Positions 1 to 21,242 of a stretch of DNA of 64,000 nt are shown here, one piece after another; position 1 is the stretch's first letter; the number at the start of each line of letters is the position of its first letter. The stretch is taken from contig JAVKOQ020000056.1 of the NCBI GenBank assembly GCA_031835245.2, positions 1 to 64,000 on the forward strand. The letters are read 5' to 3'. The notes beneath the pieces were generated by a model. The model was not told where the DNA came from, did no database searches, and saw only the letters and a list, made by a program, of their open reading frames with translations. The stretch comes from Balamuthia mandrillaris (lineage: Eukaryota). The translations under genes and the position numbers were made by a program.

Positions 1-3000
1 GGGTCATACTCCAGTGCTTGAGCAAAGTGAGGAAGGAAGAAAGTGACCATTACTCCTTCCTCTGTTGAAGAAGCATTTACACCAACGCCCACAGTGCTGG
101 AAAAGTCTTCATCTGTCCAAGCAAATGAAAGACAGTTGAACCTTGCTTCAGCATCAATGGTTGCTAATAGGAACTTGTTTAGTTGTCTCCCATCATCACC
201 CTCTGTTAAGCTCACAAGCTCTTTTGCAAAGGTTTGCCACTGCTCCTCCTCATTCTGAAGTGTAATATCCAGCTGAAGCAAGCTTGTAGGGGAGGTCCAT
301 GGCCAACTTTCCACATGAAGGCTCCACTTCAAGCTGTCTTCTTCAAAGAGGAGAGTGGTGTTATCTGCTAGCTCTAGGATACTTCCTTTTGCCATTGCTG
401 TGTAGGTTACTTGAATGGTAGTAGCATTTTCATCAAACATGACTTGAGCAGAAAAGGTAACTGTGTTCTGGGAAGGGAGGGTCTTTGTCCAGCCCAGAGT
501 GGAAAGTCGTTGACTCCTCATCACGGTCATGTTGTTGGATGGGTCGACTTCTGTTAAACTGCCAAAACTAGAAGAGACAGAGACAGTGCTGTGGTCCCTG
601 TTGTCGTCATCATCGGTTGAAGGAATTGCTGTCAGAACAAAGTCGGGTGTGCCAAAAGGAAAAGTGACATCCATGGTTGGAAGGGCTAAAGGTGGGGCAG
701 TGACCATCACTTCCACTTGGCGACTCTCCTCCGTCACGAAGTAATCAGGGGAAGTAGTGGTGTTTTGCGGCTGGATGAGCAGAGAGAAAGGCTTAGAGGA
801 TTCCAAAGACGCCAGCGAAGCGGTAAACTCTGTTGATGATGCATTCTGTTGAAAGACAAGCTGTTCTGCACCCAGTTGGATGAGCTGGCTCCCAGGTCGA
901 CCATCAGTGGTTATGGCAACCTCAAAAGATGTAAGTGGGAGGCTGTGGGTGGCTCGAATAGCAAATGAAGGCTGCAACTGGGATAAAAGGATCATTTCTC
1001 GTCCCAAGTGCCAGACACGCAGGAATGAAGGATTAATGTCCCACTGCAATATAGGCGCTTCCCATACTAGCACTTCCACACTGTATTCCCACGATAAAAA
1101 GTACTCGGGTTCAGCTCCTCCTGCTATTGATGGTTCCATCACAAGAGAAAAAGGTTGAGCAGATGCATGAAGCGTGGTGAAGGAGAGCTCTGTTCGATCC
1201 AGGTCAGGGCTATTGAAAATTGCCACTCCAGGTTGGATTTGGTTGACGCTTTCTCCATCTACAACAACTCTCACCTCCATACCTGCCTGAGGAAGTGCCC
1301 CAAACAAGGAAGAGGCACGAATGGAGAATGATGCTTGTAGTTGAGAAACCAACACCATCAGTCTCCCGAGATAATAGACATGAGGATACCCAGAGACATC
1401 CCATTGCAAAAGTGGTGCCTCCCGTCGCTCGCAATCACAAGGGGCAATGCAAATATCAGCCGTGAACAGGAAAGATTGATCACATTGCAACGGGGCTGTG
1501 TGGTTGGTAGAACCTTGCACTTTAACAGAATAAGTGGTAATCAAGTTTGAGCCAGATTCCACTCCTATAGGAGCTGTTTTGGAAGGTTTACTAACATGTT
1601 AATAAACCAGACACATCAATGAGGAAGAGCAAACAAAAAACCTTCAGCAGAAATAATATTGTTGATGAAGTGAATTGAAGCATGGCTTGTCCAATTTGAG
1701 TATAATGTCAGCAATACTGAAAAATGAACAATGAATATGAGGAGATAGTTAGAAACAAAACTGAAGAAAAAAAGAAGAGGAAAAGGAAAGTACCCAATTG
1801 CTCCTTAGGAAGTCTTTCTTGTACCTGAATTTCCATGTTAAGCATTGCAAATTCATCCTTGTTCTCCAGAAAGAAAGCTGAACCATATTGAATCCAACTT
1901 GAAGAGCTAGTAACCCACACGGCTAGTTGTAAGTTAGAACGTGAATGAGTGGACAGATGACACAGTAAATATCTGATCTGAAATACCATTGTTGCTTTGT
2001 TTGATGACAATTTGCCCATCAGAGACCCAACTTGAATCTTGTTGAATACTTATTGCTGTATATTTTGATTTTTAGTACAGTAAAATACATTGGAGGATGA
2101 GATAGTAAAGGGACGGAGAAGAAGAAGAAAACAAAAAAAGAACAAGAAGAAAAAGAATAGGAACAAAAAGAAACAGAAAAAGAATAAGAAAAGAAGAAGA
2201 AGAAGAAGAAGAAGAAGAAGAAGAAGAAGAAGCTAATAACGAACCAACACTTCTAACATTATGTATTTCAACTGGTCCGTAGCTATGCCAATTTGCATTA
2301 GCAATGCGTATTGCTGCTCATATACCAATACACAATGTTATGAGGAAAATAAAATTTTTCTAAGCTCTAGGTCAGATAATAGGTACCGTTAAAAGAATCA
2401 ATCTGTGCCACCTCCACATTCTCTACCAAGACAAAGCCATCGCTCTCCCAGATGCTGCCATCTTGTACTACCACTTTACCAGATAAATGCACATTTGCAC
2501 GGGATGTTAAATTTTTCTGAGTAAACAAGCTCTTTTCGAAACAACGAACATACCAGCTTCTTTGCCAATGCCAGAAAAAAGGACGTCATGCGTTGTAAGG
2601 GAGCCACCCAATATAAAAACCCCAGATCCAGCTGTATTACGGACTTCAACGTTGTCAAGCACCAAAAGGTTATAACTGTTAAGCACTTCATCGAAACAAT
2701 CCCCTTCCAGAGTTAGGTTTTTGAAGACGGTTTCAGCTGTCAGCTCCACTGCGCATGCTCTCAGTACCACATCTGAGAGATTGGCTCCTCCTCCTCTGTT
2801 ATTGGAATTATTAGTATTGTGTTACAAAAAACCTTGCAAACAAGAAAAACCGTACACAATGGTTACATCACTCGGAACATAGTTAGTGCCTGCCCAGACT
2901 GAGTGTTGGTGTACTCCAGGAAACAGGAAAAAAGTTAACGTGTCCCACGTTGCTATTAATTCCGTTTTGATATTGTTAAAAACGAAATAATATAGAAAAG

Positions 3001-3319
3001 AGTGCAGAAAAGAAAAAACGTTACAATAAACTAGATTCAAGTCGTCAAACGCCTCTCCCATGCTTCTGTACGGGTTCTCCATAGTACAATCATTGGTGCA
3101 ATCTGAAGCGGGGTCCACATACAACGTGGCTAAACACAGAAAATCAGAGAGAATGGAGAGAGCGAGAAAAAGCGGAAGAAACAGACAGAGTAGGGGAAAA
3201 AGCGTACAGTCTTGACCATAGGCAGCCGCGAAACTGAGAAAAGACAAAAGTAACGCAAACAACGTAGCAACTTTAGCGGGTTTCAACGCTAACGCTTGTG
3301 TAGCGCCCCTTTCCATCAT
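1..3319 (-). CDS. Secreted/cell-surface protein with signal peptide, probable beta-helix (pectin-lyase-like) region and C-terminal ComC supersandwich-like domain; multi-exon, 3' end beyond window
   Basis: ATG at 3319 gives MMERG...VATLFALLLSFLSFAAAYG (signal peptide). Next come LYVDPASDC...ENPYRSMGEA and NLTLEG/LDNVEV repeats. The last exon is open to the window edge and reads LKWSLHVESWPW...FLPHFAQALEYDP, like amoebozoan ComC-SSD proteins. Confidence 0.65.
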
Positions 3320-3730
3320 GTTAACCCGAAAATGTTCAGCTTGTCGTTGTGGTCCGAACTTTAAGAAGGAAATTGGAAAAAACAATAGCAAAGACTCAAA
3401 TGAATTCAGCAAACAAATTACGAACGTGAAACATAATTAAACATTTTTCATTGAAAGTGTCCCAAAAAAAGACACAAAAGCAGGATAACGGCGCACGTTC
3501 ACCCCCACCCGCAACCAACCACTTGGGAAAAATTCTTTCTTCTTATCTTAATTTATCGACGTGACGTGGCGTTGATCTAATCTTTTGCCAAAACAAACAT
3601 AAATTAATCATATCTCCCTCCCTACGCTTAGAGCGCCGTCTAAAAAGTCTCTGAAGCCCTGGTCCCAGGGCAGAGGGGCTCTAAGTATAGGGAGCGGGAT
3701 TTGAAAACGATAATGAATGGGAATGGGAAG

Positions 3731-4488
3731 CTAGAGCTCATCAGGAGTAAAGTATGTGTTCACCTCAGTCCCAAAACAAAAGCAGAAAACACGTTCAAGG
3801 GAGCTTCTGGTAGAAGAGGCAGGCATAGAGAAGATACTTTCAGCTATTTTACATGCTTTTCCACTGTGATCAGCTCTGTTCCCCCCTTCTTGGACCTTGC
3901 CTTTGTCTTGAATTAGTTTCACATCATCTTCCGAGAGGATTCCAGTGGGGATCTTGTCCTCCAACGCAATGTGTGCAAGGTTGAGGAGGTGGCGCCTTAG
4001 CATTTTATGTTGAGCACTCTGCACAACGGCAAGCTTCTTCTGAATTGTAGCCAGGACCTCCTCATGCTTCAAAATGGTGGCTTTAAAAACCTCTCTGTCC
4101 TCCTCGGCCTTCCTTCTGTCCTCCTCAGCCTTCTTTCTGTCCTCCTCGGCCTTCAATAATGCCATTTTAAAGGTCTCTCTGTCCTTTTCAGCCCTTTTCA
4201 CATACGCTTGCCACTCTTCCACCTCGGACCCAGGTCCGGTGGTGGTGTGCTTTTCCTCACCCTTGATGAGGTGTTGGCCTCGCAAGTCTGCTAGCTCAGA
4301 AAGCTGCGGCTGGGTCTATCATTATCCTTGGGGTGCACTAGGATAACCGGCGTGTTGTTGCAATTGCGTTTGAATAATTGGGGTGGCTTGTCTGTTGGGG
4401 AAGATGGAAATACCTTTGCCTCCAGCTGCAAGGCGAAATAGCACCATTCAACAAGCGAGAAAAGAGCGGAAGGGGAAGAGAGAGGGAG

Positions 4489-4535
<47 letters not shown>

Positions 4536-4796
4536 CTAACGCACTTCTAATGAGGCAGGCAACCTCTGTTTCTCTTTGAATACCTCCACCAGACGCGGGA
4601 GAGCGGCCGAGACCATTGTATTTTCACTCAACGCGAAGGTACGGGTATTTCCTTCCTCGTAGTATACCATCCAAACGACGCAGTTTGGTTTTGTAGCGGC
4701 TACAGTCGCGGCCTGGGCGGAGGCCTCAGGAGCAGCTTTGGCAACCCGCCGTTCATCGATTCTTTGTGTTATCGTCTTCCCCGTGCGGGTCGTCAT
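3731..4796 (-). CDS. Hypothetical protein: short N-terminal domain, KAEEDR coiled-coil repeats, C-terminal helical domain with GNxAxH motif
   Basis: Inferred exons 4796-4545, 4425-4414 and 4315-3731 joined by GT-AG introns (the first contains a (CT)n tract) give one continuous frame. Confidence 0.55.
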
Positions 4797-5934
4797 CACT
4801 CCAATGCTCTTTACGCTTGGCCACACCTGTGCGCGGCTGCTTGACTCCGTTCTGGTCCCCCTCCTCAAAAAAAATCCAAAAGGTTTTGGTTAAAAAAAAG
4901 GTGTTTTTCTATAGAAAAGGGGAAAAAAAATATTTTAGTTCTTCGAAAACCAGGAGTATCTTGAGCTGGGCCAACATAACCTTTGTTAAATACTGCACTC
5001 CAGATTGTTTCGAATTGCCAGCAACACTGTGGGGCATAGCGGTCTCTTGGGCATTTTTGGTGAGTACGGGATGAATGAACTCTGAGAATGGAGTTTGGCG
5101 ATAAAGTAGTGTTTGCCTTTCTCAACCCGAGAGTTGTTTGAACGAAAGACCGCACTGGTAGAGTCCTTCCACGGCTTCGATGACGTAACACGGCTTACTC
5201 TCCCTTGAAAGGTCCAAAACTACCCTCTCAGAGAGTGGCAAAAAGGTATCCCAAGAGTCGCTTTCCATTATGGCTCGGTAGACCGTTCCATTTTGAAGAG
5301 GCGTTGGAACTCTTCTTCACCTCTCGCTCTGCCATTTCTGAGGTTTGGGCTCCTTCATGTTGCTGTTGAGCGTAAATACGAGCACGTTATCTTCTTCCAG
5401 GAAGCCATGTGGGGCGAGTGTTCAAAAAATATTCACGATAATCCAAAATATTACTCTCAATAATTGGACGACTCCCCGAAATAGACCGACAAGCTGCAAT
5501 TTTATTGGATTATCGTAACACCCGCAAAGCCGGTATTTTTTTAAACTAATTTTCTGCGGGGGAGGCGGATGGTGTCCTTCCGAACATCCGCCGCTTCAAC
5601 CGATGCTGCCAAATCCATTCCAATCTGGTTGACCCTTCATCTCTCGTCGTCGTCGCAGTCGTGTTCGTTTTTCTCCTTTTCTCCTGCTCTGGTTTGGCAA
5701 AATACAACGAAAACCGACGGAAACTCTTGCAAAGCAACTCTCTTTTATTTGGAATAGATATCTGGCATACATACGCCTTACCTTCCTTTTCTTTCTTCCC
5801 TCCATTTCCTTCCTTCCTTTGCTGGCTTTGTTAAAAGATATGCAGAAGAGCGTACAACGTTGGTCAAAGCAAACGTAAAACCGCAACTGGAAAAAGACAA
5901 ACAGAAAAGTAACAGGCAAGCACACAAAAACAAA

Positions 5935-7686
5935 ATGGAGAGGACGACAACTGCCACCGATGAGTACCCGCTTGACCTCGGCGGCTTCGCGCTGCACTCC
6001 CCGCCTACCTGCTCTTCCACGGTGGAACCCTGGCTGCATCGAGGCTTCTGCCATGTGTTCGGCTTCAACCATGAGGAAAGCCTGCGCTGCTTTGGCTTCG
6101 CCGTGAAGGAGGACCCACACTGCGTCATGGCCCATTTGGGCTGCTCCGCCTCCCTGGCAGGCAACTACAACAACCCTGCCGGGCTGAGCCCCGACAAGGC
6201 CAAAGAGCATGCCGCTGAGGCCCTGGCCAGTCTCACCGCTGCCAACACCCCGCTGGAGCACGCCCTGGTGAACGCCCTGCAGAACCGCTACGCCACCTCG
6301 GCTTCGGAGGACGAAGCCAAGGACGAAGGCGTGGCTGCCGCGAAGAAGGCCCAGTTGAACAAGAAGTACGCCGCAGCAATGGCCGACGTTTATGCCACGT
6401 TCTCTGATGACCCGGATGTCGCTGCTTTCTACGCAGAGGCGCTGCTGAACCTGAGGCCTTGGGCTCTGTGGGTGCGTCCTTCGGAGGGAGGTCCCGCGGT
6501 TGCTGCTTCAGAGGACACCAACAGGCTGGTTAAGCTGCTGGAGGCTGCTTTGGAACGTTGGCCGACCCACCCAGGCCTCTGCCACTACTACATCCACGCG
6601 ATGGAGCTTGGCCCTGAGCCTCAGAAGGCGGTCCCTGCCGCTAGAGCGCTTCGCTCAAGAGTGGTGCCCGACCATGGCCACTTGCTTCACATGCCCAGCC
6701 ATATCGACATGTGGCTGGGAGACTACCACGCCGCCACCGAGATCAACATCCAGGCCGTGGCTGCTGATGACAAGTACGTGGCGAAGACAGGCAATAGGCT
6801 GAACTTCTATCTCGCCTATCGTCTTCACAACATGCACTTTGTGGTGTGGGCAGCCATGTTCGAGGGCAGAACCAGCGTAGCCTTGGAGTATGCTCGCCGC
6901 ATTGAAAAACAAGTGGACAGAGAAGCCCTCGAGTTCACAGTGGGCGGAACTCCTCTTGGCCTTATCTTCTTCGAAGGCTATCTGCCTACACTATGGCATG
7001 TCTTGGTACGCTTCGGCATGTGGGATGAAATTCTCACCAAGGAGGTGCCCACCGACACCCATCTCTACGCCAGTACCATCGCCACCGCTCGCTACGCTCG
7101 CGGCATAGCCTTTGCAGCCACCAACAGAACCAAGGAAGCAGCCGTGGAGCAAGAGTTGCTGAAGGAGGCGCTCGCCAATCCCGACATCAAAGGACGCATG
7201 CTGCACAACAACAAGCTCTACGACACGGAAGGCACCTGCGGCATCCTCAATGTGGCAGAGGTCATGCTTGCCGGAGAGCTGGCCTATCGCGAGGGGCAGT
7301 ACGATTTAGCCTTCCAGCAGCTGCGAGAGGCCGTTCGTCGTGATCTCAACCTTCGCTACGACGAACCTTGGGGATGGATGATGCCCTCCCGTCATGCCCT
7401 TGGCGCCCTTCTGCTGGAGCAAGGGCACCGCGAGGAAGCTTGCCAAGTATTCCGTGACGACCAAGAAATGTATCCCAACAACTTGTGGGGCCTGCAAGGG
7501 TTGGTCATGGCCCTGCAGGGCGAGGAGGGCGCCCCGCTCCTCCAAAAACGTCTGCAAACGGCCAAGCAGTTCTCGGAGCTCGGCTCCCTCACCGCCGCCT
7601 GTTTCTGCGCTACCGGTGCGGTGCCTTCTGATGGAGGGCATCAACGCCAAAGCAAGACCAGCGCCGGTTGTCACCACTGCAAGTAG
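5935..7686 (+). CDS. Intronless TPR/helical-repeat protein of a bacterial/fungal-type family
   Basis: ORF of about 583 aa from ATG 5935. Motifs GFNHEE, DDPDVAAFYAEALLNLRPW, HPGLCHYYIH, GHLLHMPSHI, YDEPWGWMMPSRHALG and C-terminal ACFCA. Confidence 0.85.
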   Translation: MERTTTATDEYPLDLGGFALHSPPTCSSTVEPWLHRGFCHVFGFNHEESLRCFGFAVKEDPHCVMAHLGCSASLAGNYNNPAGLSPDKAKEHAAEALASLTAANTPLEHALVNALQNRYATSASEDEAKDEGVAAAKKAQLNKKYAAAMADVYATFSDDPDVAAFYAEALLNLRPWALWVRPSEGGPAVAASEDTNRLVKLLEAALERWPTHPGLCHYYIHAMELGPEPQKAVPAARALRSRVVPDHGHLLHMPSHIDMWLGDYHAATEINIQAVAADDKYVAKTGNRLNFYLAYRLHNMHFVVWAAMFEGRTSVALEYARRIEKQVDREALEFTVGGTPLGLIFFEGYLPTLWHVLVRFGMWDEILTKEVPTDTHLYASTIATARYARGIAFAATNRTKEAAVEQELLKEALANPDIKGRMLHNNKLYDTEGTCGILNVAEVMLAGELAYREGQYDLAFQQLREAVRRDLNLRYDEPWGWMMPSRHALGALLLEQGHREEACQVFRDDQEMYPNNLWGLQGLVMALQGEEGAPLLQKRLQTAKQFSELGSLTAACFCATGAVPSDGGHQRQSKTSAGCHHCK

Positions 7687-8004
7687 TCTTTTTGTGTCCG
7701 CTTCTTCTTCTGCGTAATCACACTCTGGCTGCACCAGCGCTTCTTGTGGGGGAACTTCTCTTCTTTATGGCGAACAAAGAAGAGAAGGATTCGAAATTTT
7801 TTCCTGGAAATATTTTGATTGTTTGTTTTTCCACTCCCAACGACAGAGATCAGCTGGCACCGCCCGCTATGCGGCCTTGTGGTTGTTGCTGCTCTGCCTT
7901 GCCAACGAGTTAGTGTGTGCCTCGTTGGTGACCACCACTGGGGGAGAAGGGGTTACCGTAAGAGGTTGCAGTGCGGCTGGCCTTGAGTGAAGAGGGGGGG
8001 GGTC

Positions 8005-16085
<8,081 letters not shown>

Positions 16086-16603
16086 TAGGTTATAATGTAA
16101 AGGAAAAGTAAAGTATTGTATTTATTTTGAACCTGCTATCTGCAGAGGCTACTGTCCTGGAGGCAGACTTTAGCGCCCTCATTAAAGCAGGGAGGGGCAT
16201 TTGGCTTTGGTAGGCGGGGCAGGCACAAACTCGTTTATGTTGCATTTGTTTCAAATGTGGCTTGCTCTGCGGCAGCTCGATAACTATTCGCAAGACAGGT
16301 GGTGTAGCCCCACATTGTAGGTGTGCGGCTAAGGAAGAGGAGAAAGGAGAAACAAAAGCCTTTGCGTTTTTTCCTGTTATCCCAGCAGTAGTAGTAGTAG
16401 CTGTAGCCCCGCAGGAGCAGAGCAGACAAGATAACAGGTCACCCTAACCTATTCCCCTTTGTCTCTCTCTGTGGGAAAATGCGTGGCTCCTCAATACACC
16501 TTCTTCTTCCCATCCCAGGGAAGAATCTCAGAGAAGAGAGGAGAGTGAGAAGAGAGCGAGAGAGAGAGAGAGGGAGAGAGAGAGAGAGAAGAGAGAGTAT
16601 TTC

Positions 16604-19600
16604 ATGGCGCTATTCCTAGCGCAGCAGGCCATCCATGAGTTCAACAGCCAAGTGGCCGAGGCTTGGGCAAAGGGGAGGCTGGAGAATGGCTCTCCCGAGA
16701 TGGAGGGGATGCTGAGCGCGGTCGCTTGGCTGATCAAGAACATGCAGCGGCACTGGAAGGGGTTGGCGGCCAAGGAGCGGGACGCGCTGAGAGACGGCGT
16801 GTGCCAAGCTTTGGAGCTGGCCACCTGCATGTCCGTTCTTCGGACGGAAGAGCAAGCAAAAGAAGAGGAGGAGCTGCTTCCAGCGCCACAGAAGGGGACG
16901 GAGCGCAAAGTGCAAGCCAAGGTGTGGAATGAGCTGAACACCTTTACACTGGACGACGCTCTGAAGAAAGCCACCGATGAAACAGAGAGAGAGATATGGC
17001 AGTTCGCCATCGCAGTGTGTTTTCTAGATTACCTTTGCGGTGCGTTTGCCTGCTCAATTGCCCTTTCACTACTTTCTTCTTGTTCTTGTTCTTCTTGTTC
17101 TTTCTGCTTCTGCTTCTGCTTCTGCTTTTGCTTGCTTCTGCTTCTGCTTCTGCTTCTGCTTTCTGCTTCTGCTTCTGCTTCTGCTTCTGCTTCTGCTTCT
17201 GCTTCTGCTTCTGCCTTCTGCTTCTGCTTCTGCTTCTGGCTTCTGCTTCCTTCTGCTTTTGCTTCTGCTTCTGCTTCTGCTTCTGCTTCTGCTTCTGCTT
17301 CTGCTTCTGCTTCTGCTTCTGCTTCTGCTTCTGCTTCTTCCTTCACTCATTTCTCTTTCCCAATGCAGAAATCAAATGCCAAAACTCAAAACTACACCGG
17401 CTGTTGCTTGGAGAGAACCCTGCGAACCTCTTCGCCACGAAAAGTCCCCGCATGCTCCTTCAACTTCAAGCTCAAGCAGACAGAATGTTTTCCATGATGG
17501 TGCTGGCATGGTATGATCAAACCTATGCAAAGTGTCTGCTGTTGAACAATGACCTGAGACAAGCGATAGCGGCTCGTGTCAAAGGCATGTTGCTAACTCA
17601 GCAGGACGATGACTACATCCGTAGTTGTGGTGCGCAACTACGGAAGTGGGCTGCACCAGAGGTTAGACAACTGAGGGGATTGGAGGTTGGTGTTCAGTTG
17701 AGCAGGTACTACGAGCTTGACAACGAGCAACTATCGCAAACCGTTCATGATATCCTCGCCCTGTGCATTGAAGTATGAGCATTTTCTTTCGTTCTTCTGT
17801 CCTTCTTGTCGTTTCTTTGTTTTCTTGCTTTCTTTACTTCGTTTTTCCTTGACGTTTCTCCCTTTTCTTTTTAACAAGATTCGCCATAAACTTTGCCATA
17901 GTTTACGCGTGACTTTGTGCTAACAAAAGACTCGATACTTGTTGAGCATTTCCTGGTTCTCCTGCGCGCCTGGGATAAGCTAGAAAACATGGACCATATG
18001 GGGGACGCAATAGGCAAACTCATTCAATGCATTTTCCTCTGCAGCACCCACCATTCTGTGCCAAAGGGTATTCTTTACGTTCCCTAACCCTGACTCATTC
18101 TCTCCTTCTTCGATCACTCATTTTATTCGGCCTCTGTATCAAAGGAATACGATGCGTCGCGCTGGATTTGCTCATCAACTGGTACAAAAAGTATCCATCA
18201 ATTTTTCATAAATCCTACAACAACACTGCCCTGCAGACTCTCAAATCATTTGCTGGCCCCCATGACCCCGACATCTCCATCGATGAGGCTTTGACCAAAC
18301 AAGCTTTTAAGGCCCGCACACGATATCTACGCAAACCTCTGGTGCTTGTGGAAGGGGTTATGTTCTCTGTTTTAATGATGGTTAGTGATCTGCCAAACGA
18401 TCCATCTTGGGCTCTGCGCTGTACAGAAGTATGATATCTTTCTTATTCTTGTCATTTCCGTCTCCTTCCCTCTGCTTCTTACCTCCTCGTTCTCCTTTAC
18501 TTTTTGACACCTACTGGTACCATACACTGCAGGATGAAGATTTGTCTGACTACAATGCAGCCACTGAATTTCTGGGACACTTAACATCAGATGGTATCTC
18601 TCCTTGCTTTGTGTACTATCATGTTCCTTATCTTTGGTTGTTTTCCACTAACCAGCACCATTGATTCAGTCCCTCCCGCTAACGATTTGATTTTCGCACT
18701 ACTGCCCACTTTATTGAGCTCTCAACGCTGGCAGATGCGTTGGACTGCTTGGATAATTGTGGGGGGAGCTGCTTCCAATTTGGATCACTCTCAGTTCAAA
18801 GCAATCATATCGTAAGTTGTCCTTGTAATTTTTCCAACTTACCTGCTTTTCTTCTAAGTTTGTCTGCTAGTCAAATGCGAGAAGAGTCGGTTAATGACAC
18901 AGAGCCGCGCGTGCGCTGGGTGATGTGTGCCGCACTAGGCCAGCTTTGTGCCAAGTTGCCTTATTTCGTGAAAGATGATTGGAGCCAAAAAGCTGCGATA
19001 CTCGCGCATGACCTTATAGTACACGATACGTCCGCTAAAGTGCGAAGCCATGCCTGTTCCATTGTTGCGTTGTTTTGCCAGTCGCCGGTACAGCTTTGAT
19101 TCTCGTGTCGCTTCTTTCTAAGACACTCTTTCTTCCTTATTGTTATTCTTTGTTTGGGACTAACAAGTGATGTTGTCAACTTAGGATGTGCTCACCATCA
19201 ATGCGTTTTTAACAGACTCCCTTTTAAAATTGCTGAGGAAAGAGCTCAGCAAAAGCTCTAACGACTTTCCAGAATTAAAAAGAAGGGCTGCGCAGGCACT
19301 GGACTCGCTCGGAAACAAACTGTTGTTTCCAAAGAAGGACAGGATTTTGCCTTTATTTTATAGGCTTGCTGAATACGCCCAGCAAACGAAGGACGATAGG
19401 CTAGCAGTCATTGTTGCCCAGAAACTAGCTGATAGAGGTATGCTTTTATTGTTTTATAAAATCACCGCTATGCTCCCTCTTTGGTGCCACTAACCTTGCA
19501 AAGGGGTGTCAAATTATGATAAAGATGGCGCAAAAGCCATCCAATTACTGCTTGGGGTTGATGGTGAGTACCGTCTTTTACAACTTGAAAGTGGAATAGT

Positions 19601-21242
19601 CCGGTAGCGTCGATTATATACTAACGCCACGCGTGCTTTTCTGTCGTGCTAGACCATTACTCAAAGTCTGTCACGAAAGAAAAACACGTAGCTTTGCCAA
19701 GAATGTGCACCGCTTTGGGTCCGAGATTCGCTCCATTTATGAGCACTACCATTTCTCAATACCTCGCATTACTGAAAGGTACTACCCGCGTAGTCCTCTT
19801 TCTTTTTGGTGCTTTTTGTATTTCTTCTTGTTCTTGTTCTTTTTGTATTTTACTTCTGCTTACAGTTAATTGATAAGACACTAGTTTTAGTGCACCATTC
19901 CATCGAGTGATATGCAAAGCTCTTTGCGTGATTGCAGAAAACCAAAAGGAATGCTTTCGCCCTTATCTCCAAAGTATCGTTGAAGCATTGCTAGAACTCT
20001 TCATCAATGCAACACAAAGACGTATTCAGTCCTGTTCCTCCATTGCAATAATTTGCCACTAAATACGGATTCTATTCAGAACTACAACACGAGATCTTCT
20101 TGACTCTCCCTGTCTACTTAGCCGTTGGTGCGTAAGCACATTTCTCAGCATGTTGTTTAATCTGTGGTTGTAACGCCAAAACCAACATTCTTTTATAGAC
20201 GACAATCCAGAAAGCGTTTCTATGATCGTAAAACGTTTCGTTCAAGCAGCAACCAAAGCCATCAACGTAACCAGAGATTATGGACTCGTGTCAACTGTGG
20301 CGATTGGGCTTCGGCTGGTCATCCCAAAGCAACGCTTTGATGACTTGTTTGCACGACCGTGTTTTGAGCTCTGTCAGGCCATTCTCACATACATCGGCAA
20401 AGAGTGGGATAAAGTCAGAAGTATGCCCTTCTTTCTTGTCTTTCTTTGTTCTGTGCAAACAAGCTTTTTCTGACTTTCCTTCTCCAAAGAAACAGCACGC
20501 ACTGCACAAGAGCAGAAACAACAAATCAGTGATGAAGTAGCGCCGCTCGTGTCACAGGTACTTTTCCAGAACAGCAATTCTCCGTTTTTGAATGTTTCTG
20601 CTAAACGAGAAATAGCTTGTGGAGTTATGTAAGCATTGTAAAGATTGTTCTGAAGGTTTTTTTGCTTTCCTGGATGACCTTCACTCTCCGTATCCTTTGT
20701 TTTTGGTACGTTCTCTTGCTTGGTTAACCTTCTTCCCTCCCACCTCTGCTCTCTTTCTTTGCATGCAACTTTGATTAAGCTTTTGAGAACAGCAATTGAT
20801 AGTGGCGCAGGTGGATGTTACGCCTGTTGCCCACTGGTCTCTGCACGTTAAACCCTTCTTCGCTCACGTCATCGCTCAACCGCGGCCCACCATACCGACC
20901 TTACGCGCCTTGGCTGCACGAGAATGTCTCCGCCAAGCACAACAAACTCCTACAACCGCCTCTTCTCCTCGACTTCCAGAAGATCTACGAGAGTACCTGG
21001 AAACGCATCACAGATGTGGACTTTGCCGAAGGCCGTACCTCGAAGCAGTGCTAGTGGGTCGCGGGGCGGCCCCATCGACGGCCAAATGGAAGCAACACGC
21101 CCTGTGTCGCCCCTTTTGGGCGCTTTGTTCGTTCGACTGCCTTGCAGAGGCGAGGAGCTGGTCATCGACAACGAGCAAAATAATCGGGTTGGACACGGAA
21201 AAAACCTGCGAGGTGCTCTTGCACGCTCTACTCTCTGAGTAA
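16604..21242 (+). CDS. Importin-5/karyopherin-beta-like HEAT-repeat protein with C-terminal BC-box/SOCS-box and Cys4 module (paralog A), multi-exon
   Basis: HEAT segments MMVSDLPNDPSW..DEDLSD, RWQMRWTA, NDTEPRVRWVMCAALGQL, KVRSHAC and RMCTALGPRFAPF resemble importin-5. The C-terminus reads PTLRALAARECL..LPEDLREYL..CGLC..CSFDC. Confidence 0.75.
17100..17336 (+). repeat. Intronic (GCTTCT)n hexamer microsatellite
   Basis: Direct tandem repeat in the first intron of paralog A. Confidence 0.95.

Noticed and set aside
3645..3680. Hammerhead ribozyme or SECIS in the hairpin
   Set aside because: The CUGANGA/GAAA core and the AUGA..GA quartet are absent, and the adjacent gene has no in-frame UGA.
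4865..5410. Coding-looking minus-strand fragments between the orphan and TPR genes
   Set aside because: Short frames broken by stops with no recognisable domain. It may be a decayed gene, but I cannot support that.
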